64,000 bases of DNA from an uncultured virus (IMG/VR IMGVR_UViG_3300024270_000037) (taxonomy: Duplodnaviria; Heunggongvirae; Uroviricota; Caudoviricetes). A program made the translations under genes and the position numbers. Positions 10,251 through 21,000 of this stretch are shown in pieces. The notes beneath the pieces are model-generated. The model was given only the letters and a program-made list of their open reading frames with translations, was not told the DNA's origin and did not search any database. The DNA lies in the IMG/VR virus record IMGVR_UViG_3300024270_000037. The stretch is one strand, 5' to 3'. The stretch's first letter is position 1; each line of letters opens with the position of its first letter.

Positions 10251-12353
10251 TCATTTCTTTGTATTTCTTTTTACCATCTTAGGAATACTCTTCAACTTAT
10301 AATTTTCAATAGCTTCATCCATAAATAACTGATGAATATTAGTTTTCCCATCAAGTTTATGATATCTTCCATGTTTATCCATTTGATATGTATTATAATC
10401 ATCTCTATAATACATACTAAGAATCTTCATTGCTTTTTCTTTAACATCTTCATCCTTTAAAGGAATCAATAATTCAAACCGTTTATCTAAATTTCTAGTT
10501 AACAAATCTGCACTAGAAATATAAATATTGGGTTCTTTATTATTAAAGAAATAGAAAATTCTACTATGCTCAAGATATCTACCTACAATGGAACGAATAA
10601 TAATATTCTCATTAATAGGCTTCATAGAACATATACCTCTACAGAAAATTACAACTTGTACTCCATGTTTAGAAGCTTCATATAGTTTATCGATCATAAT
10701 TTTATCAGAAATAGAATTTACTTTAATAGTAATAATTGCTCGCTTACCATTTTTAGCATTCTTAATTTCATTATCAATAGAACTGATGAGTTTCTTTCTA
10801 AGAGTATAAGGTGAGAAATATAACTTATCAATATTTACATTAGGATCAGCAAATCCAGATAACATATTGAAAATAGTACAAAGATCTCTACCTACTTTAA
10901 AATTAGATGTAAAGAAAGAAATATCTGTATAGATCTTAGCTGTATTGTCATTATAATTTCCAGTACCCATATGAGAATAAATTTTTAATTTATCACCAGA
11001 ACGTTTTACTACAGTAATAAATTTACAATGAGTTTTTAAAGTCTCATTACCATAAATTAATTTAACACCACTAGTTTTTAACTTATCAATCATAGAGAGA
11101 TTTCTATCTTCATCAAATCTTGCTTTAATTTCAAGAATTACTGCAACATTCTTTCCATTCTCTGCAGCTTTACAAAGAGCATTAACTATAGGAGAATCAA
11201 TACTAGATACTCTATAAAGTGTCTGCTTAATAGATAATACATCATTATCATTTGCAGAATGCTCTAAGAATTTAACTACAGGATCATAACTTTCATATGG
11301 ATGATGAAGTAAAATGTCTCCATTATCGATAGCTGCAAACATATCATGGACACCAAGAAGTTCTTCAGGATATTGAGGTTCAAATTTATCATATTTACCA
11401 TCAATAATACTAATATCAACTAATGCTTTATAATTAATACTATTGTCATTTACATAAATATGTCTCTTATTTAATTCAAAAATCTTCATTAATAATTTCT
11501 GAAGATCATTTGAAATATTTGATGTCATATCCATAAAGATTGGAGAGCTGTATCTTCTATTAAGAAGAGTTCTTTTCATACGATCTGTAATATATACATC
11601 TTCATTATGACTCAACTCAATATCTGCTTCTCTAATGAGCTTAATCATACCATAATTAAGAATTTTCTTTCCATAATAAATCTTATCAAGATAACCATAA
11701 ATAATTTCTTCCAAAGTAATATATCTATTTTTATCAGGAAGTTTATAAATAGTTTTTAGATTTTTATCCAAAGGAATAAAAGAGAGAACTTGAAAGTTTT
11801 TATCATGAATATCTTCTATAGCTACGATAATACTCAACTGTCCAGACATTAATTCTGGAAATTCTTTAGTTGTATCATAATTAATTGGTACTAGTAGGGG
11901 AAAGATATTATTATAGAAAATTTTTCCGATATAAGACTTCTCATCCTTAGATAGTTCTTTAAACTTAGTGAGTTTAATATGATATTTAATATCTAACTTA
12001 GTAACCAATTTTTCATAACACAAATTTTGAAGGTCTTTAAAATCACGAATACCTTCAATCAATAGTGAATATTCATCCATTGGATTCATTCCAGAAATTT
12101 CAGGTTCATTCTTATCTTTATACATTTTATTTTTTATTGCAGATAATCTGACAGAAATGAACTCATCCAAATTAGAGGATGTGATATTCAAAAAGTTACA
12201 ACGTTCAATAATAGGAATTTCTTTTCTAAGGGTTTGATGAAGACATCTTTGATTAAATAGAACCCAAGAGGCGTCTCTATTTATATATTTATTATTAGAA
12301 GAAATCTTATTATTGAACTTATTTAATCTTTTAATAATTTCTGAGGTTTTCAT
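10251..12353 (-). CDS. ppk1: polyphosphate kinase 1
   Basis: YINRDASW..FNQR, SNLDEF, HHPYES, IKQTLYR, ARFDE, KTHCK, GTGNYN, RYLEHSRI, SSADL..RNL motifs; ATG at 12353 follows GAAAGGTG RBS. Confidence 0.95.
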   Translation of the reverse strand: MKTSEIIKRLNKFNNKISSNNKYINRDASWVLFNQRCLHQTLRKEIPIIERCNFLNITSSNLDEFISVRLSAIKNKMYKDKNEPEISGMNPMDEYSLLIEGIRDFKDLQNLCYEKLVTKLDIKYHIKLTKFKELSKDEKSYIGKIFYNNIFPLLVPINYDTTKEFPELMSGQLSIIVAIEDIHDKNFQVLSFIPLDKNLKTIYKLPDKNRYITLEEIIYGYLDKIYYGKKILNYGMIKLIREADIELSHNEDVYITDRMKRTLLNRRYSSPIFMDMTSNISNDLQKLLMKIFELNKRHIYVNDNSINYKALVDISIIDGKYDKFEPQYPEELLGVHDMFAAIDNGDILLHHPYESYDPVVKFLEHSANDNDVLSIKQTLYRVSSIDSPIVNALCKAAENGKNVAVILEIKARFDEDRNLSMIDKLKTSGVKLIYGNETLKTHCKFITVVKRSGDKLKIYSHMGTGNYNDNTAKIYTDISFFTSNFKVGRDLCTIFNMLSGFADPNVNIDKLYFSPYTLRKKLISSIDNEIKNAKNGKRAIITIKVNSISDKIMIDKLYEASKHGVQVVIFCRGICSMKPINENIIIRSIVGRYLEHSRIFYFFNNKEPNIYISSADLLTRNLDKRFELLIPLKDEDVKEKAMKILSMYYRDDYNTYQMDKHGRYHKLDGKTNIHQLFMDEAIENYKLKSIPKMVKRNTKK

Positions 12354-12394
12354 AATTTTAACACCTTTCAAATATTTTTATTTTATATACTATA

Positions 12395-12407
12395 ATAATA
12401 TATATTT
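12395..12407 (-). promoter_or_regulatory. putative early promoter AAATATATATTAT
   Basis: Exact 13-mer recurring upstream of many operons. Confidence 0.65.
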
Positions 12408-12456
12408 ATAAATGAAATTAAAATATGAGGTATAGGATAATCCTATACCTCATTAA

Positions 12457-13698
12457 TTATTTCTCTTCAGATAATTCTAAGATGTCATTAATTAATTCAT
12501 TAATATATAGCGTATTCACATATAAAATAAATCTATATGTAGAACTATGGTTACAATTATATGTAGTTAGAGTATACTTATCAAAATCAATAGAATAATC
12601 CACTTTATCTCTTAAATCTACATTATCTTTAGTAACTCTATATCTCATAAATACACTTAAAGGAATATTATGATCTTTATGATACTTAATAACAGCAGTC
12701 ATACTATTATTCATCAATGTACCAAATTCAGTTATATCAGGTTTTTCTGTAGTTTTATAAATAGGAGCGGTGTAGACATTCCAACCATCTCCAGGTCTTT
12801 TTTCATCTAAATTATTAATAGTAAATAGAGGAATAATTCTATTATCACTAGTCTCATTCAAATTAACATCTAATTTTTCAATAAGATTAGGCGTATACGC
12901 AAAATAATAATATAAACCTGCGGAATTAAATTCAGTAGATACAGTGAACGAAGTAGTAAATGCATCGGATACAAATCCTTTTTTACTACCATCATCAATA
13001 CTTAATCCTTGAATTATAGTATCAATATTAACAGGATAATGTCTAAAGAATTCGTCATTACCACTACTATTTTTCATTTTATATGTAATTGGATATACAG
13101 ATACACCATTTACATAATTTAAAAAATTAGCAATAGAACCATTTTCATCATACATTGGAATACCGACATCTTCTGACATAACTCTCATTAATTCCCTAGG
13201 AATATAACTTTCTAATGAAGTCTGAATAAAGAAAGGAGCATCCTGTCTTACTCTATTTTTAAAGAAATGAGCAATATTTAATTGCTCTATTTGTGTTTCA
13301 TTTATTATAGTAACATCAAATAACATTTTTAATCTATTCAATAAAAATTTCATACAGTTTCCTCGTTCATTATCTTCAATAAATGGTTGTAAATTAGTGA
13401 ACGAAGTATCCATAAAATTATCAGTCATTCTAGTGGTCATATACGTATTGTATAAGAATGTATCTGAATCATTTATTTCTATTCTAGGTCTAATAATTAA
13501 CATAGGTTTACTTTTCTTTAAAAATTCTTTATTAGAATTTTGAAATACATTAAATTGTCTATATGCAATTGTAGAACTTACATGTACTGTTTTAAAATAT
13601 CCTTCAGGAAACATCTTTTTTAAATAGTCAACTATTTGACAAGTAACATTTCCATATGTATGAGCTAAAGATGTTTGAGATACAGTATATTCTCTCAT
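12457..13698 (-). CDS. hypothetical protein, probably virion-associated
   Basis: 413-aa ORF with RBS, AACA-N6-TA motif at 13731-13742 on the minus strand. Confidence 0.55.
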   Translation of the reverse strand: MREYTVSQTSLAHTYGNVTCQIVDYLKKMFPEGYFKTVHVSSTIAYRQFNVFQNSNKEFLKKSKPMLIIRPRIEINDSDTFLYNTYMTTRMTDNFMDTSFTNLQPFIEDNERGNCMKFLLNRLKMLFDVTIINETQIEQLNIAHFFKNRVRQDAPFFIQTSLESYIPRELMRVMSEDVGIPMYDENGSIANFLNYVNGVSVYPITYKMKNSSGNDEFFRHYPVNIDTIIQGLSIDDGSKKGFVSDAFTTSFTVSTEFNSAGLYYYFAYTPNLIEKLDVNLNETSDNRIIPLFTINNLDEKRPGDGWNVYTAPIYKTTEKPDITEFGTLMNNSMTAVIKYHKDHNIPLSVFMRYRVTKDNVDLRDKVDYSIDFDKYTLTTYNCNHSSTYRFILYVNTLYINELINDILELSEEK

Positions 13699-13855
13699 AA
13701 TTTCACCTCTTATAAATAATCTTTATTATTTATAAAAATGTTGTTATAATAAGAAAATCCTTATTATAAACTATTTCAAACTACTTTTAATTATAGTAAA
13801 AACAAATTTATAAATAGCAATTTTTTAATTAATTTTATATTTTTAAGGAGAAATA

Positions 13856-16036
13856 ATGTCTATGGAACTTCAAGAATGGTTGGGTAATGATAATCAACTT
13901 GGTATTGATATTTGGAAAAAGAAATATCAATATAATAATGAAACTTTTGAAGAATGGTTAGACCGTGTTAGCGGTGGAAATATAGAAGTTAGAGAATTAA
14001 TTAAAGAAAAGAAATTCTTATTTGGTGGTAGAATTCTTGCCAATAGAGGTATTAAAGGTAAGAAAACCTATTCCAATTGCTATGTTATTGAACCTCCTGA
14101 GGATAATATTGAAAGTATTTTTGAGGCAGCAAAGAAATTAGCACGAACTTTCTCGTATGGGGGAGGCTGTGGCGTGGACGTTGGAAAACTCGCTCCTAGA
14201 GGTGCTAAAGTTAATAATGCTGCTAAAGCATCTACTGGTGCAGTATCATTTATGGATCTATATGATATTACTACTGGTATAATTGGCCAGAACCAACGTA
14301 GAGGCGCATCTATGATTTCTATTCCGGTATGGCATCCTGATATATTTGAATTTGTAAAAGTTAAATCCGATTTACATAAAATTAATAATGCTAATATTTC
14401 AGTTAGAGTGACTGATAAATTTATGCAAGCTGTTAAAAATAATGAAGATTTCACATTATCATTCACTAGACCTGAAACTGGTGAAAAAATTGAAAAGGTA
14501 ATCAAAGCTAAAGAGTTATTTAATACTTTATGTAAAAATAATTGGGATTATGCTGAACCTGGTATGTTATTCTGGGATAATATTACTAATAATAATATGT
14601 TAGTGAATGATCCTAATTTTGAATATGCTGGAGTTAATCCCTGTGCGGAGGAGCCCCTTCCGGCTGGCGGGTCATGCCTCCTCTCTGCTATTAATCTGTC
14701 TGAATTTGTAACTAATCCTTTTACTGATAAGGCAAAATTTGATATGAATGAATTTAGAAGAGCTGTCAAAATTGTTGTTAGAGCTTCTAATGAAGTATTA
14801 GATGAAGGATTAGAATTACATCCTCTTGAAGAACAGAAACGTAGTGTTGGTAAGTGGAGACAAATTGGATGTGGTATTTTTGGTTTAGCAGATTGTCTGA
14901 TTAAATTAGGATATGTATATGGTTCTAAAACTGCCAATAAATTCTGTGAAAAAGTTGCAAAAGAAATGTTTAAAACTGCTGTTTTAGCTTCTGATGAACT
15001 TGGTGGAGAATTTGGTGCTTATGAAGCATATAATATGGAAGCTGTTAATAGTTCTCCTATGATTAAAGAGTTAGGTATTGAAACTAAACATTTAAGAAAT
15101 TCCCAGTTATTAACTATTGCACCTACTGGTACTATTTCCAACTTATTAGGTATAAGTGGTGGTATTGAGCCTATTTTTGCAAATTCTTATACTAGAAAAA
15201 CTATTAGCTTACATGGTGGAAAAGAAGTTTATTATAAAGTGTATACTCCTATTGTGGCAGAGTATATGAAAAGACATAATGTTACTGAAGAAGAATTACC
15301 TTCTAAGTTTGTTGTTGCTTCTGATATTAAACCTTTAGATAGAATTGGGTGTCAAGCTGCTTGGCAAAAATGGATTGATGCTTCCATTTCTTCTACAATT
15401 AATCTTCCTAATGAATGTACAGTTGAAGATGTTGAGAATATTTATATGGAAGCCTGGAAAGCAGGATTAAAAGGTATTACAATCTACAGAGCAGGTTGTG
15501 CTAGAGATGCTGTACTAGAAACAGACAAACCTAAGAATGAAACTAAAGTTGAAGAAACTAGAGGTCATGTAGTTGCTGCAACTAATGAAATGATTGGTAT
15601 GAAACGTAAGCTGATTACTGGTTGTGGTTCTTTACATTGTTTAGCATATTTTGATGCTAAAACTAAGGATCTTCGTGAAGTTTATCTGAGTAAAGGTTCC
15701 ACAGGTGGCTGTAATAATTTCATGATTGGATTAAGCCGTATGATTAGTTTAAGTGCTCGTGCTGGAGTTACTACAGATGATATTGTAGATCAATTAAATT
15801 CTTGTGGTGTATGTCCTTCTTATGCAGTTAGAAAAGCTACTAAGAATGATACTTCTCCTGGTGCATGTTGTCCTACTGCTGTTGGTAAAGCATTATTGGA
15901 AATGCAGAAGGAATTAATGGGAGAAAAAAAAGAAGAGAAGAGTAATGGTCCTAGATGTCCTAAATGTAATGAACCTATGATTCATAATAATGGTTGTATT
16001 GAATGTAAAAATTGTGGATATAGTAAATGTGATTAA
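13856..16036 (+). CDS. nrdJ: adenosylcobalamin-dependent (class II) ribonucleotide reductase with C-terminal TSCPD/zinc-ribbon domain
   Basis: FLFGGRILAN, SNCY, GGGCG, RRGA, EPG, NPCAEEPL, IAPTGTIS, SISSTIN, LKGITIYR motifs; C-terminal CPKC...C..CGYSKC. Confidence 0.92.
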   Translation: MSMELQEWLGNDNQLGIDIWKKKYQYNNETFEEWLDRVSGGNIEVRELIKEKKFLFGGRILANRGIKGKKTYSNCYVIEPPEDNIESIFEAAKKLARTFSYGGGCGVDVGKLAPRGAKVNNAAKASTGAVSFMDLYDITTGIIGQNQRRGASMISIPVWHPDIFEFVKVKSDLHKINNANISVRVTDKFMQAVKNNEDFTLSFTRPETGEKIEKVIKAKELFNTLCKNNWDYAEPGMLFWDNITNNNMLVNDPNFEYAGVNPCAEEPLPAGGSCLLSAINLSEFVTNPFTDKAKFDMNEFRRAVKIVVRASNEVLDEGLELHPLEEQKRSVGKWRQIGCGIFGLADCLIKLGYVYGSKTANKFCEKVAKEMFKTAVLASDELGGEFGAYEAYNMEAVNSSPMIKELGIETKHLRNSQLLTIAPTGTISNLLGISGGIEPIFANSYTRKTISLHGGKEVYYKVYTPIVAEYMKRHNVTEEELPSKFVVASDIKPLDRIGCQAAWQKWIDASISSTINLPNECTVEDVENIYMEAWKAGLKGITIYRAGCARDAVLETDKPKNETKVEETRGHVVAATNEMIGMKRKLITGCGSLHCLAYFDAKTKDLREVYLSKGSTGGCNNFMIGLSRMISLSARAGVTTDDIVDQLNSCGVCPSYAVRKATKNDTSPGACCPTAVGKALLEMQKELMGEKKEEKSNGPRCPKCNEPMIHNNGCIECKNCGYSKCD

Positions 16037-16045
16037 ATAAAAAAA

Positions 16046-16081
16046 TTGTCCCCATACAGGAATTTACCTGTATGGGGACAA
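16046..16081. terminator. bidirectional terminator
   Basis: TTGTCCCCATACAGG / CCTGTATGGGGACAA between convergent genes. Confidence 0.8.
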
Positions 16082-16502
16082 ATTATTTCACAAATCTACT
16101 ATATCCATGCTCAATTAATTTTTCTTTTATATAATCATAAAAATATCCATCAGCTTTAACTACTGCATAACAAATTTCTTCAATAGCAACTCTATTTTTC
16201 ATAGGATCTTGAAGCAATATATTCAATGCACAATTTAAATGATCACAAGATGGATATTGAGAAAATCTATAATTATGATCGTTGAAAAATCTAAAGATAT
16301 TCATAATATACCTCTTATAATTCAATTACAAAAATATTAAAATACCATCTGGTTTCTTTGATTTCAAGTTCTGCGAATTCAATAGGAATTTTATTTAAAA
16401 CTTCTCCGATAAAACCCTCATAATTTACACCATCTTTACGAATACAAAGACCGGTTGGACCTACAAGCTTAATATCATTAAAATTAAATTCTTTTAATTT
16501 CA

Positions 16503-17084
16503 TTATTTACATTCCTCATAAATACGAGAACCGACAGTGTCAGTTTGATTTTGATATTTTCCTTTATATTCTTCGATTTCACCCTTAATTTCATGATAAT
16601 AAATCTGACAGATTTCACTATTAGGATAAATTCTTACAGGTTGTACTACACTAATTTCGAGTACAAAATGTCCAGCAAATCCAACTTGACCGAGTCCTGC
16701 AGTAATATGAATATTAATACCAAGTCTACCAATAGAACTTCTGCCTTCAACACAAGGAATAAAATTATGTGTCTCTGTGAACTCTACTGTTTTACCAAGA
16801 TAAAGCATTCCAGGATATAATACATATCCTTCTTCAGGAATTCTAATTGTCCTAGTAGGATTATCTTTATGCATATCTAAAGGTTGAAGTGTTGTATAGT
16901 CAGTAGTTACAAACTCATTACCAAATCCTCTAGCGTTCTCAATCCTTGGAATATCATAAACTAATAATTCATTAGCTAACTTAAGATTATAACTATTAGG
17001 ATTTAACTGATTAATATTAAAAGGAGTAATTCCAATATTACCAGTTTCCATTTCTTTTAAAATTTGTTTACCACTTAAAATCAT
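16503..17084 (-). CDS. dcd: dCTP deaminase
   Basis: MILS...QLNPNSYNL, GRSSIGRLG, H.TAG, VLEI, ICQI, Y.GKYQNQ motifs. Confidence 0.9.
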   Translation of the reverse strand: MILSGKQILKEMETGNIGITPFNINQLNPNSYNLKLANELLVYDIPRIENARGFGNEFVTTDYTTLQPLDMHKDNPTRTIRIPEEGYVLYPGMLYLGKTVEFTETHNFIPCVEGRSSIGRLGINIHITAGLGQVGFAGHFVLEISVVQPVRIYPNSEICQIYYHEIKGEIEEYKGKYQNQTDTVGSRIYEECK

Positions 17085-17106
17085 TTTATTCTCCTCTAAA
17101 CATAAA

Positions 17107-17559
17107 TTAATCTGTAATAAAAGGACTACTTACAGATTCACCATTCATATGATGCTTACCTTTATCATTTAAAGTATGATAAAGTTTGTTATATTTAACA
17201 ATTAATTCATCTAAACTAGTGGAACTAAAATAATATGAATATCCATCATTATCGTAAATATGATACCATTTATTAAGTTCCAAACTACTTAAATGTGTTA
17301 AATCCATTCTAATAGAATTAGCAAGACACCAATTATTAAATAATTCTTTACCATATTCTGTAATAAAACAAATATGAGCATCATGATAATCATAACCTAA
17401 CATTACGTCTTTATGGTAAATAATTACATGATTACACATTTCTTTTTCGATACTATTAATAATTTCTTGTTCATAAGCTTTACATTCTTCTTTACGGTTA
17501 TTACCATAAAATTCTTTACCATCAAATGATACTGCTATATTTACTTTAATTTCCTTCAT
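17107..17559 (-). CDS. hypothetical protein (paralog of 17571-18041)
   Basis: Shared (S/A)xDG..F(Y) N-terminal motif and KWY motif. Confidence 0.6.
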   Translation of the reverse strand: MKEIKVNIAVSFDGKEFYGNNRKEECKAYEQEIINSIEKEMCNHVIIYHKDVMLGYDYHDAHICFITEYGKELFNNWCLANSIRMDLTHLSSLELNKWYHIYDNDGYSYYFSSTSLDELIVKYNKLYHTLNDKGKHHMNGESVSSPFITD

Positions 17560-17570
17560 AAGTATTACTC

Positions 17571-18041
17571 CTACACAAATACTTCATTTTTATTAGCATT
17601 ATCTAAGTTATACTTTAATTCATTAAATTTAGTCAAATATTCTTCAATATCAATTGTTTGCAATTGATACATATTACCGCTCATACTGACACCATACCAT
17701 TTTTCAAATTCTAATATATCAATGATATCATCTTTATTTTTTAGACTAATTTTATTATATTTACACCAAGTAATAAACTGAGTTTTTCCAATAGCATTGT
17801 GGAATTTAACATATGCATTCTTATATCCTGTAAAGAAATAATCTGCTCTATAAATTGACACATTGCCACCCATTTGATTTTCCAAATCCATAATAATTTT
17901 CTTATTATGCTCTTTAAATTTTTCTATTGCTCCATCTTGATCAGCATAGAAAATTGTTCCATCGAGAGCTTTATACGCAGTTATAAAGGTATAATCATTA
18001 AGATGTTTTTCAATACGTTCATCAATTTTAGGATAAGACAT
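17571..18041 (-). CDS. hypothetical protein (paralog of 17107-17559)
   Basis: YKALDGTIFY...F..WC..N...KWY. Confidence 0.6.
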   Translation of the reverse strand: MSYPKIDERIEKHLNDYTFITAYKALDGTIFYADQDGAIEKFKEHNKKIIMDLENQMGGNVSIYRADYFFTGYKNAYVKFHNAIGKTQFITWCKYNKISLKNKDDIIDILEFEKWYGVSMSGNMYQLQTIDIEEYLTKFNELKYNLDNANKNEVFV

Positions 18042-21000
18042 TTATTAAATCCCCTCTCAAACTATAACGATTCGTAAATAGAGTTGATTATTATCAATCT
18101 CTGGTGTAATATTATATACTGGACAGTCCATAAATTCAGTAGGAATTTCATCTATAAAATTATAATCTGATGATAATTTTTCTTTTAACTCTTTAGCTGT
18201 TAGAAATTCACCATCACCATCTACAAAATTAGATAAATCTCTAAAATCAACAATCCTATAGATATATCTATTTCTTTGAACATTTCGATTTTGGTATGTA
18301 TATAAAAATTTAGATAGTTTCATCATATATTAATCTTCCAATTTATAATAATCTTCGATATGGATATCTCCATTTCTTTCCTGAACTCTACTAGGAAAAT
18401 AAATTTTATCAACTGCTCTATGAGCTAACAAAGTACCGATAATATTTTCAGTAACTGGACCAATGATACTCATATCCCAAGGAAAGTCTTCTTTATTTAC
18501 CCCGACTCCAATAACACTCAAAATACAATCATATACTGCATGATGAACATCATCAATACGATCAATTTGTTTTTCATTAAATTCTACAGTTTTCATAATA
18601 ATATATCCTCCTCTTTCTTTATAAATATGTATCATAGTAGATAAAAACCTACTATGATACATTATATATTTCATTTAAGGAATTTTACAACGATTCTTGA
18701 TTTATCCTTATAATCTCTAACAGATAATAATTCATCAATTTCATAATCCATTATTTCAGGTCTAGTATTTTCAATATCTTCTTCTATACCATGAATGGTA
18801 TGCCCGACATAATATTTATTATCAATCTTAACTAACATTTGTACCTGATCATGATCAATCTTTTCACCAGGAATAATAACTATAAAAGGTCTTCTAATAT
18901 AATTTACAATATCTTTTAATTTCATATTTACCCCAATATATTTTTTATTGATTTCATAATTTCCATTGCTTTACAATATTCATTTAATTCATCATCAGAT
19001 AAAAATAGAATATTTGGTTTGTCTTCACATTGTTTACAAAATTGCTCATAAGTTAAACCATATGTTTCTAAACCATGTATTCTAATTGATTTCCAAACAG
19101 TTTCACTTCGTTTAAAAGCTTCAAATAAAACTCTATTTACTTCACTTTCAGGATTTTCATATTTTTTAAGTGCTTCTTGTAAACTATATGTTATAAGTCC
19201 TGTTAAAAAATCTTGATTATCCATTAAAATTCTCCTATTTTATATTAATATTAAAAAGCTTCTACAAATATTACTGCAGGTAAAGGCTGTAGAATACTAG
19301 GGTCACAAAAATCATATTTTGATTTTTCATTAGTATTTTGAACTGTTATCATAGAATCCTGAATGTGTGATGCTACTGATTCTGTTTCACTGACTATTAT
19401 AATAGGCATAAGCTCAATTTCTTCATCAGTATATTTTCCAGGATATTTTTTATTAATATAATATTTAATATCATTAAAACTCATATAAACCATTATTTTT
19501 TATCTCCTATATCATGTTTGAATAAATAGTCCATTAGTTGGAATTAGTTTATAACTCTCATCTGTCTCTTTATTTATAAATTTAATAGTTCTCAATATTA
19601 TTGGGTTTTCTGTGACTATAGTATCTCCACATTTTTCACACTTATATTCATACCAATATTTAGTGTTTCTTAATAAATGGAAACCATCATCACATTCCTT
19701 GACTAATCTTATATAGCCACCACATTTATCACAAGTTTTTTCAACTAATATGGGAGTTAATTCTGTTATTTTTGTAGCCATAATTAAACCTCTATTAATA
19801 ATCTATATTCAGAATATAAATAATATATAGTTAAAACTATACCGATTAAAGCAAATCCATATTCTTTTTTATTAATATATTTTATTGTCTCAGTAATAAA
19901 GAAATAACACATTATAATCACCAATAATGTACATAAGATTTTAATGATAATAAAATTCATAATTATACCTTCTTTAATTTACAACATTCATTATCATAGT
20001 TTAAAACACATTGTTTTAAATCAATAATACAATACGGAATATATTCAGTTATCAACTTACCAGTATTAATATCAATTAATCTACGTTCAATTTCTTCTCT
20101 AGAGAATATACATTCTTCAGGTTTTGATGGTAGTTCGTTAACTAAAATTTTCATTATACTTTACTCCATTTTAATAATACAGATTCACCAGTATCTAATT
20201 CATTTAATACTGATTTAGCAACATCAATCCACTGATGCTCACTTTTACCACACTTAGTACATTTAACAATAAATAATCTAAGAGGATACCCTAATTCATC
20301 CAACTGTAACACATTGCTCTTTTCAGTAATTTGCCACTTATGTTTACATTTAAAAAGTCCCATATATTTAAACCTTTCTCATATATGTATATCCACAATT
20401 TATACAATGAAATACCTCAGTATTATCAAGACCTTCCGATTCTTCTAAATCATTACCACATACTGGACATATGTATCTTAACATACTTTTACCTCTAATT
20501 CCAAAATATCATCAATAGCTTTATTATATCCATATTCATATTCCCAATCACAATCTCTATCATGTGGGATAGTATCGTCAATTTCATATTTTTCTGGAAT
20601 TGGTTTTAATGGACATGAATCAGGTTTTGTGAATTTTAACATAAATTCATGAACCTCTAATTGATTATCATTGATATTTACACCACAGAAATCTGAATGG
20701 TCATCTCTAAATCTTAATGAACATTCCATACAACTTCGTGGTATATTTAGTACTAGAATAGCTTTATTCATATAATATTCCTCTTTAAAATAAATCCTTA
20801 GTAATTATATCATTACAAATCATTTTAGTTGTATCATCTACAATACCAATAATATCATATTCTCCAACATCTCCATGATTTGAGTATGTATAAACCACAT
20901 CTTTAGATATTCTAATATTAAACCAGAAAATATCATTATCAATATAGTAACCTTCAATAATACCAACTTGTAATTTGTTGTCTTTTCTAAAGATTACTAC

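Noticed and set aside
14080..14937. Minus-strand ORFs inside nrdJ (and similar antisense ORFs in ppk1, dcd, 46005, 53780, 60283)
   Set aside because: Antisense shadows of well-supported genes, without RBS or recognisable motifs.
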